From positions 23 through 64,022 of the forward strand of contig NZ_DATJDZ010000016.1 in the NCBI RefSeq assembly GCF_035497195.1: DNA of 64,000 bases. Direction: 5' to 3'. Origin of the DNA: Asticcacaulis sp. (GTDB lineage Bacteria > Pseudomonadota > Alphaproteobacteria > Caulobacterales > Caulobacteraceae). This document shows, piece after piece, positions 9,603 through 18,348 of the stretch; within the stretch, counting starts at the first letter, position 1, and the number at the start of each line of letters is the position of its first letter. The notes under the pieces are model-generated. The model did no database searches, had not been told where the DNA came from, and saw only the letters and a program-made list of their open reading frames with translations. The translations under genes and the position numbers were made by a program.

Positions 9603-10939
9603 TGACATATTTCCCAAAAATCGGAATTTTAGTGAGCGCGCTTTTACTCAGTGCCTGCGCCTCGACGCCTTACGACACGCCGCAGGCGCCAATGACGGCG
9701 CAGTTCAACCATGCTGGGGAAGGTACGGACGCCGCCAGCCAACCGGCCGACTGGTGGACCGCCTTCGGTGACCCGGCGCTTAACACGCTGGTCACCGATG
9801 TTCTGGCGCGCAACAATGACCTGGCCGCCGCCGCCCTGCGGGTACAGCAGGCGCAACTTCAGGCCGGGCTGACCCGGCTCGATCAGTTCCCGTCGGCAAA
9901 TGGCGGTTTGAGCGCCAGCACATCCGACAGTACGCGTTATTCGGCCAGTCTCGGCGTTTCCTATGAGGTCGATCTGTGGGGCCGTCTCGCCGCCAACAGC
10001 CGCGCCGCCAACTGGGAGGCGCAGGCCACCGAGGAGGACCGGCAGGCCGCACAACTGGCGCTGATCGGCACCACAGCCGAGCTTTACTGGCGCATCGCCT
10101 ATACCCATCAGCAGATCACGGTCGGCGAACAAAATCTCGACTACGCCATCAAGGTGCGCGACCTCGTCACCGTCCAGCACAATGCCGGTGCGGTTTCCGG
10201 TGTCGAAGTGGCCGAGGCCGATCAAAGCGTCAATTCACAGCGCGCCAGCCTGTCCGGCCTGCAACAGCAACTGGTTGAATATCGCTCGGCCATCACTGTG
10301 CTTCTGGGCGGTACGCCGTGGCCGGAAAGCGGCGAGCCGCAAACCCTGCCTGATATCCCCCTGCCGGAGGTGCGCGCTGGTGTGCCCGCCGAACTGCTCA
10401 GCCGCCGGCCGGACCTGCGCGCCGCCGAACTGCGCCTGCGCGAAACCCTGGCCGATGTCGATATCGCCAGAGCGGCCTTCTATCCCGGCCTCGGCCTGAC
10501 CGCCTCCGGCGGCGCCTCTTCCGCCGAACTGGGGTCGCTGTTCAATAACCCGACCGGCGCGATCGGCGCGGCGCTCAGCCTGCCCTTCCTCGATTTCCCG
10601 CGCCTCAGCCGCAATGTGAAGATTTCGCAGAAAAGCTATGACATCGCCGTGCTGAACTTCAAGACGACCCTGTTGCAGGCCCTGGCCGATACTGACAACG
10701 CCCTGTCCAACCGCACGCAACTGGCGGAACAGGGCGCGGCGCAACTGGCCAGTCTGGAAGCCGCACGCAAGGCCGAGGCGCTCTACGCCCTGCGTTACCG
10801 CACCGGTGCGGTGGCGCTGCGCGTCTGGCTGGATGCGCAACAATCCCTGCGGTCGTCGCAACTGAGCTATGACAACAACCGCCTGTCGCAACTGATCAAT
10901 CAATCGACCCTGTATCAAGCGCTCGGCGGGGGCACTTAA
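9602..10939 (+). CDS. Outer-membrane efflux lipoprotein, NodT family
   Basis: 445 aa. Lipobox LLLSAC. Duplicated OEP repeats (RPDLRAAELRLRETLADVDIARAAFYP, ALGGG C-terminus). Confidence 0.85.
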   Translation: MTYFPKIGILVSALLLSACASTPYDTPQAPMTAQFNHAGEGTDAASQPADWWTAFGDPALNTLVTDVLARNNDLAAAALRVQQAQLQAGLTRLDQFPSANGGLSASTSDSTRYSASLGVSYEVDLWGRLAANSRAANWEAQATEEDRQAAQLALIGTTAELYWRIAYTHQQITVGEQNLDYAIKVRDLVTVQHNAGAVSGVEVAEADQSVNSQRASLSGLQQQLVEYRSAITVLLGGTPWPESGEPQTLPDIPLPEVRAGVPAELLSRRPDLRAAELRLRETLADVDIARAAFYPGLGLTASGGASSAELGSLFNNPTGAIGAALSLPFLDFPRLSRNVKISQKSYDIAVLNFKTTLLQALADTDNALSNRTQLAEQGAAQLASLEAARKAEALYALRYRTGAVALRVWLDAQQSLRSSQLSYDNNRLSQLINQSTLYQALGGGT

Positions 10940-10970
10940 AAAAACCGCCGGCCTCAAGGAGACCGGCGGC
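10938..10970 (-). terminator. Rho-independent terminator for the hydrolase gene; possibly bidirectional
   Basis: 11-bp stem (ccgccggcctc / gagaccggcgg, one mismatch) with a 3-nt loop. The A7 run on the plus strand gives a T7 run after the hairpin on the minus strand. Confidence 0.7.
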
Positions 10971-10990
10971 GCATCCGTTATCGATCAAGC

Positions 10991-11830
10991 CTAAGCCTGA
11001 ATAAAAGCCAGCAGGTCCGGATTGATGACATCGGCGTGCGTGGTGCACATGCCATGCGGATAGCCTTCGTAAATTTTCAGCGTACCGTGCTTTACCAGCT
11101 TGATCGCTTCCAGGGCTGCGGCCTTGTACGGCACGATCTGGTCGTCATCGCCATGCAGGATCAGCACCGGCACCTCGATCGCTTTCAGGTCGCCGCTCAG
11201 GTCGGTTTCCGAGAAGGCCTTGATGCCTTCATAATGGGCCAGGGCTGCGCCCGTCATGCCCTGACGCCACCAGTTGTCAATCACCCCGTCGATCGGCTTC
11301 ACACCGTCGCGGTTGAAACCATAAAAAGGTATCGGCAGGTCCTTGTAGAATTGCGCGCGGTTATTGGCGGTCTGTTCACGCAGGCCATCAAAGACCTCGA
11401 TCGGCAGTCCGAGCGGGAAGGCCTCGGTCTTCAGCATGATCGGCGTCACGGCGCTGATCAGAACCGCCTTTGAAACCCGGCCATTGCCGCCAAACTTCGC
11501 CACATAGCGCGCCACTTCACCGCCGCCGGTCGAATGGCCTATATGGACGGCATTCTTCAGGTCAAGATGTTCGACGACCGCATTGGCATCGGCGGCGTAG
11601 GTGTCCATGTCATGGCCTTCGCTGACCTGCGAAGACCGGCCGTGCCCGCGGCGATCATGGGCGACGACGCGGAAACCCTTACCCAGGAAATACAGCATCT
11701 GGGTATCCCAGTCGTCGGATGACAAAGGCCAGCCATGATGGAAAACGATAGTCTGGGCGGTCTTCGGACCCCAGTCCTTATAGAATATCTGTGTACCGTC
11801 CTGGGTGATAACGAAAGATTTGCCAGTCAT
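10991..11830 (-). CDS. Alpha/beta hydrolase, non-haem chloroperoxidase / arylesterase (perhydrolase) type
   Basis: 279 aa. FHHGWPLSSDDWDTQMLYF, HDRRGHGRS, nucleophile elbow GHSTGGGE, and C-terminal HGDDDQIVP...PHGM. Confidence 0.85.
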   Translation of the reverse strand: MTGKSFVITQDGTQIFYKDWGPKTAQTIVFHHGWPLSSDDWDTQMLYFLGKGFRVVAHDRRGHGRSSQVSEGHDMDTYAADANAVVEHLDLKNAVHIGHSTGGGEVARYVAKFGGNGRVSKAVLISAVTPIMLKTEAFPLGLPIEVFDGLREQTANNRAQFYKDLPIPFYGFNRDGVKPIDGVIDNWWRQGMTGAALAHYEGIKAFSETDLSGDLKAIEVPVLILHGDDDQIVPYKAAALEAIKLVKHGTLKIYEGYPHGMCTTHADVINPDLLAFIQA

Positions 11831-12141
11831 TTTAAGGCTCCTGTAGAGGGAATGGTTTCATGGCGCGCAGAACCGCTTTCGCCAGATGAACTGACGCGCC
11901 GGAAAAATAACGCTTTGCACGGGTCGGAATTATAAATGATCACGCATCATTTATAGCGGGTCGTCATACGCGGTTTAGGTGACAATTTACGCCGGAAAGG
12001 CCAAGACTACGCCGCGCAGTAAAGCCAATGGGGCATCCGGCGTCAAGCCTTCCCATGCTGCGCCGCATCAATATTTTTTTACCGCATCAGGCGCAATATT
12101 TTTTGGCGCGCCAAAAGCCTGAATTCCGGTTAATATCGTGT

Positions 12142-12858
12142 ATGTTCTCCGCTGATACCGCCATCGAAATCAATCCCGCCGCGCGCGTGCAACTTCGCCA
12201 TTATGGCGAAGAACAACAGCCGCTTATCGTCATCGACGACCTGCTGCTCAATCCGGATGACCTGATCGAATGCGCTGCCAAAGCGCGCTTTTCCGCCCCC
12301 GAAGCGACCTGGTATCCCGGCCTGAACGCAGCCCTTCCGCCCACCTATCTGACTACCCTTTTGCCGGTATTGCGGCCCAGCCTGATGCGCGCTTTTGGCG
12401 TCGGCCAGTCGGCGCTGACAGCCCGCGCCTTCTTCGCCCTTTCGACGAAGCGGGCCGAGGAAATGCTGCCGCTGCAAAAGATTCCGCACTATGACCAGCC
12501 CGATCCGCGTTGCCTGGCCATGGTGCATTACCTCGGCCGCGGCCAGGCCGGCGGCACCGGTTTCTTTCGTCATACCGCCAGCGGATTTGAATCGATTGAC
12601 TCCACCCGCCGCGAAGCCTACATGCAGCAGGTCACCCAAGAGCTGGAGGCCCTGGGTGACAGCCTGACCGGTTATACCGGTCCCCGGACTCCCAACTATG
12701 AATTGCTGGAGACCGTCGACCCCAAATTCAACCGCCTGGTGATTTATCGCAGCCATGTTCTGCACTGCGCCCTGTTCGACGGCGCCCGCCTGACGGATGA
12801 TCCGCGCACCGGCCGACTGACGGCCAACAGCTTTTTCACGCCGGCGCGCACCGTTTAA
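12142..12858 (+). CDS. Hypothetical protein (resembles DUF6445-type proteins; function unknown)
   Basis: Clean ORF. The track begins at 12028, but 12061-12116 holds T-rich direct repeats and a perfect 16-bp palindrome, so I prefer ATG 12142 (MFSADTAIEINP). Confidence 0.55.
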   Translation: MFSADTAIEINPAARVQLRHYGEEQQPLIVIDDLLLNPDDLIECAAKARFSAPEATWYPGLNAALPPTYLTTLLPVLRPSLMRAFGVGQSALTARAFFALSTKRAEEMLPLQKIPHYDQPDPRCLAMVHYLGRGQAGGTGFFRHTASGFESIDSTRREAYMQQVTQELEALGDSLTGYTGPRTPNYELLETVDPKFNRLVIYRSHVLHCALFDGARLTDDPRTGRLTANSFFTPARTV

Positions 12859-13064
12859 ACACGCAAGTGTGACGACGCGCTTATTGCAGCGCACCTTGAA
12901 CCATACTGAATCTTTACAGGCGAACCGCCACTGTCGGTTTGCCGGGCGAGGTAATATCAGCCTTGCCGCCTTCATAAAATCGGCGCCCGCAAAAGGTTTT
13001 TCTCAGACCGTTTATCTGTAACTTTTTCTGCCGGGCCAGATATCACCCTTGCAGGAGCGCGGAT

Positions 13065-15398
13065 ATGCTACAGACCAACAGTTTCGAAATTGCCCACGAT
13101 GTCGAAGTTGAGACGGAAGGCCTGCCCCATAATGTCGCCACCGCACTGAACACCAGCGCCCTTACCCAGCTTCCCGCTACCGAAGCCGTCCTGTCGAAGG
13201 CGGCGATCATCGGCAATTTCCCGCCGCGCCAGTGCGGCCTGGCCACCTTCACACGCGACATGTACGCCTGCCTGGCAAAGGCCTTGCCGAACACCGACTG
13301 GGACGTTATCGCCATGAACGATCCGGGCGCGACCTATGACTATCCGCTCGAAGTCACCCACCAGATTCCGCAAAACGACGTCGCCGCCTATCGTGATCTT
13401 GCAAAGACGCTCAATGACGACGGCACCCAGGTCCTGTTCGTGCAGCACGAATTCGGCATCTATGGCGGCCCGTCTGGCGCTTGGCTGATCGAATGTCTGG
13501 AGCGCGTCAATTTCCCGATTGTCACAACGCTCCATACCATCCTGGAAACGCCAAACGACGAGCAAAAGCGCGTCATGCAGTCGCTGATCCGTCTCTCCTC
13601 GACCCTCGTCACCATGGCGCAGAAGGGCGCGGACATCCTGCAACGCGTCTATGGCGTCAAACCCGCACAGATCAGCGTCGTGCCACACGGCGCGCCGTCG
13701 CGGCCCCTGCGCAATACCGCCGAATTCAAGTCGCATCTGCATCTGGCCGGCAAGAAAACCCTGACCACTTTCGGCCTGCTGTCTCCTAACAAAGGCATCG
13801 AGACGGTCATCGCCGCCCTGCCGGAAATCCGCGAAACCTGCCCGGATGTGGTCTATCTCGTTATCGGGGCCACCCACCCGCACCTGCTCAGAAACGAAGG
13901 CGAAAAGTACCGCGACGGCCTGAAAGACATGGCGCGTGACCTGGGCGTTGAGGACAATATCCGTTTCATCAACCGGTTCGTGAATGACAACGACCTGATC
14001 GATATCCTTCAGGCGACCGATGTCTATGTCACGCCCTACCTGACCGAAACCCAGATCACCTCCGGCACCCTGGCCTACGCCCTGGCGCTCGGCCGACCGA
14101 CGGTCTCGACACCCTACTGGCACGCCGTCGAAGCCCTGGCCGGCGGCGTCGGCATCCTGTGTGATTTCCACGACACCAAGGCCTTCGCCAAGGCGATCTC
14201 GCGCCTGCTGGCCTCTGATAAAGTGCGCGCCGATATGTCGATGCGCGCCTATATGGCCGCCCAGCCGTCGCGCTGGTCATCGGTGGCGCAGGCCTATGTC
14301 GCCTGCGCCGTGGCGGATGTGGAAAACTACGAAGCCCCGAAGGCGCGCGCCGCCGTCCTGCCCGCGCCGCCATCGTGGAGCGCGATCGAACGCATGACCG
14401 ACGACTGCGGCATCTTCCAGCATGGCCGCTACCGCCTGCCCGACCGCCAGCACGGCTATTGCGCCGACGACAATGCCCGCGCCCTGTCGCTGGTGGCCCG
14501 CCAATCAAGGCTGGCGCCGCTTACGCCCGATCAGACATCATTGGCCTACCGATATGCCGCTTTCATGAACCACGCGTGGAACGGCGAGAGTTTCCGCAAC
14601 TTCATGTCCTATGGCCGTGACTGGCTCGATGACGGCGGGTTCGACGACTGCAACGCCCGTTCGTTTGAATCGCTGGTCGATGTCGCCCGTTCAGACCTGC
14701 CAGCCGATCTGCGCCAATGGGCCGGCGATCTCGGCAGCCTGATCATGCCAAGGGTCGATAGCTGGACAAGCCTGCGGTCGCGCGCCGTCATGATCAGGGC
14801 ACTGGTCCGCACGTTCGGAGTCTTTGGCGATGGCCAGGAAATCCAGGCGCTGATCCGTTATTTCAGCCGTGACCTGCATCAGCGCTTCAAGTCTCAGTCG
14901 CGCCCCGGCCATGAATGGTTCGAGGCGAACCTGTCCTATGACAACGCCCGCATCAGTGAGGGCCTGATCGTCGGCGGCGCCTTCCTTGCCGAAGCGGACA
15001 TGGTCGCGGATGGCCTGGCCGCCCAGCGCTGGCTGATGAAAAAGCAGACGCGCTTTATTGCCGGGAAAGAAGGGGGCGTCTTCGTGCCGGTCCCCAATTC
15101 GAAATTCTCCGATGACGGCCCGGATCATCCGCTTTACGATCAGCAGCCACTGGAAGTGCTGGCAACCATCGACGCCTGCCTCAGCGCTTTGCGGATTACC
15201 GGTGACAGCCAGTGGCAGGACGAGGCGACGCGCGCCTTCGCCTGGTTCCACGGCGAAAACACCGCCGGCCTGTCATTGCTCGATGGTGAGGGCGGTTGCT
15301 ACGACGGGCTTAATCCGAATGGTCTCAATCTCAATCAGGGGGCGGAATCCATCCTGTCCTACCCCATGAGCTGGGCCGCCTTGAAAGCCGACCTGTAA
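13065..15398 (+). CDS. Glycosyltransferase family 4 (GT-B) fused to a ~350-aa C-terminal domain of unknown function
   Basis: 777 aa. The N-terminal half shows GT4 features (IIGNFPPRQCGLATFTRD, GATHPH, YVTPYLTETQITSGTLAYALALGRPTVSTP). The C-terminal half (from about APPSWSAIERMTDDCGIFQH) has no motif I recognise. Confidence 0.75.
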   Translation: MLQTNSFEIAHDVEVETEGLPHNVATALNTSALTQLPATEAVLSKAAIIGNFPPRQCGLATFTRDMYACLAKALPNTDWDVIAMNDPGATYDYPLEVTHQIPQNDVAAYRDLAKTLNDDGTQVLFVQHEFGIYGGPSGAWLIECLERVNFPIVTTLHTILETPNDEQKRVMQSLIRLSSTLVTMAQKGADILQRVYGVKPAQISVVPHGAPSRPLRNTAEFKSHLHLAGKKTLTTFGLLSPNKGIETVIAALPEIRETCPDVVYLVIGATHPHLLRNEGEKYRDGLKDMARDLGVEDNIRFINRFVNDNDLIDILQATDVYVTPYLTETQITSGTLAYALALGRPTVSTPYWHAVEALAGGVGILCDFHDTKAFAKAISRLLASDKVRADMSMRAYMAAQPSRWSSVAQAYVACAVADVENYEAPKARAAVLPAPPSWSAIERMTDDCGIFQHGRYRLPDRQHGYCADDNARALSLVARQSRLAPLTPDQTSLAYRYAAFMNHAWNGESFRNFMSYGRDWLDDGGFDDCNARSFESLVDVARSDLPADLRQWAGDLGSLIMPRVDSWTSLRSRAVMIRALVRTFGVFGDGQEIQALIRYFSRDLHQRFKSQSRPGHEWFEANLSYDNARISEGLIVGGAFLAEADMVADGLAAQRWLMKKQTRFIAGKEGGVFVPVPNSKFSDDGPDHPLYDQQPLEVLATIDACLSALRITGDSQWQDEATRAFAWFHGENTAGLSLLDGEGGCYDGLNPNGLNLNQGAESILSYPMSWAALKADL

Positions 15399-15512
15399 TG
15401 GAAGGCGACCTATAATCAGGTTCGCAAAATACGGACCGTTCACAAAACAGGCGGGTTGCGAAAGCGACCCGCGCTACGCGTTGCTAAACTACCCATCTGA
15501 GGGGGTTATAAA

Positions 15513-16829
15513 ATGACCGATATGCTGATCAGCCCGACGATGCTGCGCTCCAACCCGGATCGCGTCGTCATTCTGCCGTTCTCGATTTCCGTAAACCCGC
15601 GTGACAGCGCAATGGGGGCGATGTCGCGCGTCACCCGTATCTGCGACTCCATCGCCGCCATGTCGCCCGCAACCGTCCAGGCTGAGCTGGAAATTGTCAA
15701 CCGCGATTTCACCGGCCGGCACTGGCAGACGCGCGGCATCTTCCTCGATCGTTTCAAGGCCATGCAGACCATGCATGGCGGCATGGAAAATCTCGACGAG
15801 GACCACATGGCGCTGATCGGCGCCTATTTTTGCCATGAATACAGCTACCAGGCGGCGGCGGTCATGAACCCTTCGGTCGTACCGCACCCCGACCAGAGCA
15901 ATGCCAACGGCGGCACAAATTTCATCATGTCGACGCGCACCGTCGGCGAAGGCCATATCTCGACCATTTCGTTCCGCGAAGGCACTTTTTACAAAGACGG
16001 CACGATGGAATTGAAGGCGGAGGCCGATTTCGCCGTCGCCGCCAAGCCGCTGGGCAATGCGCCGCTCGATGGCGCCATCACCGTCCACGGCCATCAGGCC
16101 TGCCCGATCTCCGAAACCGTGCTGTTCCCCGTCACCCGTTCACAGAGCAATGGTCTGGAAGACCTGCGCATGGTCAGGTTCATCGATGAAAACGGCACTG
16201 CGGCTATCATGGGCACCTATACGGCCTATAATGGCCGCGAAATTGCCTGCGAATGTTTCGAGACCTCTGATTTCCGCTCCTTCCGGCTGACACCTTTCCG
16301 CGGTGCGGCCTCGCAGCACAAGGGCCTGGGCTTCTTCCCGCGCAAGATCAACGGACGCTGGGCGGCGGTCGGCCGGCTCGATCACGAGAGCGTCTTCTAT
16401 CTCGAAAGCGACGACAAATACACCTGGAACAACGGGGAGAAGATCCTCGGTCCGGAAGCGCCGTGGGAACTGATCCAGATGGGCAATTGCGGCTCGCCGA
16501 TCGAGATTGAGGAAGGCTGGCTGGTGCTGACCCACGGCGTCGGACCGGTGCGGCGCTATTCGCTCGGCGCCGCCCTGCTCGACAAGAACGATCCGCGCAT
16601 CGTGCTGGCGCGTTCGAAGGAGCCGCTGCTGTCACCCTCGGAAGACAACCGCGAAGGCTATGTGCCGAACGTCATCTATACTTGCGGCGCACTGCGCTGC
16701 GGCGAGTGGATATTCATGCCGTATGGCGTGGCCGATTCCTCGATCCACTTCGCCTCGATCAAGATCAAGGACCTGCTGGCGCACCTGGGATACGATACGG
16801 CGGCGGCGCAAAAGAATGCGGCGGAGTAA
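15513..16829 (+). CDS. Glycoside hydrolase family 130 protein (beta-mannoside phosphorylase-like)
   Basis: 438 aa. GH130-type blocks GNCGSPIEIEEGWLVLTHGVG, RRYSLGAALLDKNDPRIVLARSKEPLLSP and REGYVPNVIYTCG. 114 nt downstream of the GT4 gene on the same strand. Confidence 0.75.
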   Translation: MTDMLISPTMLRSNPDRVVILPFSISVNPRDSAMGAMSRVTRICDSIAAMSPATVQAELEIVNRDFTGRHWQTRGIFLDRFKAMQTMHGGMENLDEDHMALIGAYFCHEYSYQAAAVMNPSVVPHPDQSNANGGTNFIMSTRTVGEGHISTISFREGTFYKDGTMELKAEADFAVAAKPLGNAPLDGAITVHGHQACPISETVLFPVTRSQSNGLEDLRMVRFIDENGTAAIMGTYTAYNGREIACECFETSDFRSFRLTPFRGAASQHKGLGFFPRKINGRWAAVGRLDHESVFYLESDDKYTWNNGEKILGPEAPWELIQMGNCGSPIEIEEGWLVLTHGVGPVRRYSLGAALLDKNDPRIVLARSKEPLLSPSEDNREGYVPNVIYTCGALRCGEWIFMPYGVADSSIHFASIKIKDLLAHLGYDTAAAQKNAAE

Positions 16830-16884
16830 TGCGCCCTCTGTCCATCCGGGCAGAGAGCGCTTTTTGGCCGGTCGCCTGTAAAAC

Positions 16885-17073
16885 CTACGACCCCATATGG
16901 TGCTTGTCTTTCTGCGTACCGGGCACGGTCGTCTTCGGCGTCTTGCCGTTTTCGATGCGGCCTTCATTGCGCAGTTGACGGCCCTTGTCGGCCATTTTGG
17001 TATCGCCCAGCGCTTCGCCCAGTTCTTCTTCGGCGGCGCCAGTGGTTTCCTTGATGCTGGCTTTAACAGTCAT
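16885..17073 (-). CDS. CsbD-family stress-response protein
   Basis: 62 aa from MTVKASIKETTGAAEEELGEALGDTKMADKGRQLRNEGRIENG, with an AGGAG RBS 7 nt upstream. The track ORF (to 17202) is an upstream extension. Confidence 0.8.
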   Translation of the reverse strand: MTVKASIKETTGAAEEELGEALGDTKMADKGRQLRNEGRIENGKTPKTTVPGTQKDKHHMGS

Positions 17074-17425
17074 GGGGTTTCTCCTATAAAAACAGACGCC
17101 GCGAGCATTCCCGGCGGTCATCGTGACTATAGGGGTTTGCCTGTAAAATTGACGCACCGGAGCGCATCCCTGCCGGTAAGGATGGGGTAAATCACTTTGC
17201 AATACAAAGTGCGCTTATGGCTTCTTTATTTATGGCTTGCGGCCTACACATGGCTTCCTTAAAGCCCGGCCGGTAATCTCAAGCCATCACGTCCACGTCC
17301 GTTTGTCTCAAGCCCTTCTCCGCCCCCCCAGCCCCTGGGTTTCAGACAAGCCTGACGTGGACGTGACCCCCATTCTTCCTCCCCCCGAAATACTGAACTT
17401 AGCTTCTTAGTCAGGAGATTATACC

Positions 17426-17752
17426 ATGCTGTCTTCCGCCACCAAGGCCGCCGCCAATGTCACCAAGAGCCTGGCCGAGCACGATATCCGCAGCAGCGCC
17501 CGCGACGCCGCCAACAATGCCCGCGATGCCGTGCAGGATCTGAATGATCGCGGTCACGATGTTCTGAGCGATGTCAGCGGCTATGCCAACGAAGCCGGCC
17601 AGAAGGTGCGCGGTTTGTTTGACCGCACCCTCGACAACAGCAAGAGCGCCACCCACAAGATCGAAACCGAGATCAAGACCAACCCGGTTCGTTCCTCCGC
17701 CATCGCGCTCGGCGCCGGCTTTATATTGGGCGCGTTGCTGACCCGCCGCTAA
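17426..17752 (+). CDS. DUF883 family membrane-anchored protein (ElaB/YqjD-like)
   Basis: 108 aa. Helical hydrophilic body with a single C-terminal TM (SSAIALGAGFILGALLTRR). GGAG RBS. Confidence 0.8.
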   Translation: MLSSATKAAANVTKSLAEHDIRSSARDAANNARDAVQDLNDRGHDVLSDVSGYANEAGQKVRGLFDRTLDNSKSATHKIETEIKTNPVRSSAIALGAGFILGALLTRR

Positions 17753-17776
17753 ACAATAACCGGAGATACGCCAGTC

Positions 17777-18205
17777 ATGTTCTGGGTAACACGAATTTTC
17801 GAGCTTCTGTCGGCGACGAAGAAGCTCAACGACTCGAAAGCCCATGTCATGAGCGCTGTGTCCAACCTGATGGTGGCGCTGCTTCTGGGTATGTTCGGCA
17901 TATTTTTGTCCGCCATCATGATCGGCGGCCTGCTGTATCTCATCTATCTCCAGCTTGTCCTGTCAGGCTTTAGCGTTCTGGCCGCCACGCTCTGCACGGC
18001 GGCCCTGACGCTCGCCATACTTGCCGTCGCCGCTCTGTGGGCGGCGGCGGTGTTCGGTCGCGTCCGCGCCGATGTCGAACAGATTTTTCACAGCCAGTCA
18101 CCGATTATAGCGCCGGTGATTACCAAGGTGAGCAACGTCGCAGGCTCCTTCCTGTCCGGCCTGCGGAACAAGCCGAAAAAGGCTGCCGAGCACGCCCGGC
18201 GCTGA
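17777..18205 (+). CDS. Holin-X / YqjE-like small membrane protein
   Basis: 142 aa. Two long hydrophobic helices. 24 nt after the DUF883 gene, matching the yqjD-yqjE type arrangement. Confidence 0.6.
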   Translation: MFWVTRIFELLSATKKLNDSKAHVMSAVSNLMVALLLGMFGIFLSAIMIGGLLYLIYLQLVLSGFSVLAATLCTAALTLAILAVAALWAAAVFGRVRADVEQIFHSQSPIIAPVITKVSNVAGSFLSGLRNKPKKAAEHARR

Positions 18206-18348
18206 CATTTCCGCCGCGCCGCCCTTACGGCATCTTTATAATATTCCCGCCCTCGCTTATTGCCCTATTACCGCTCGTGAGATAGCCTGACCCTTTCATA
18301 AATCGTGTTTTTGTACCTTACAGCGCCACAGGGGTTTGGCCAGTCGCA

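Noticed and set aside
17217-17276. 19-codon mini-ORF MASLFMACGLHMASLKPGR as a real gene
   Set aside because: It is not listed as a feature. It has no Shine-Dalgarno sequence, and its apparent peptide repeat follows from an ATGGCTT DNA repeat that also occurs in inverted orientation, so a DNA-level function is at least as likely. It is kept only as part of a finding.
17074-17425. EcfG/SigT general-stress promoter (GGAAC-N16-17-CGTT) expected upstream of the CsbD and DUF883 genes
   Set aside because: I scanned both strands by eye. The nearest candidate (GGGAAT...CGTC upstream of csbD) has the wrong spacing and a poor -10. I do not call a promoter here.
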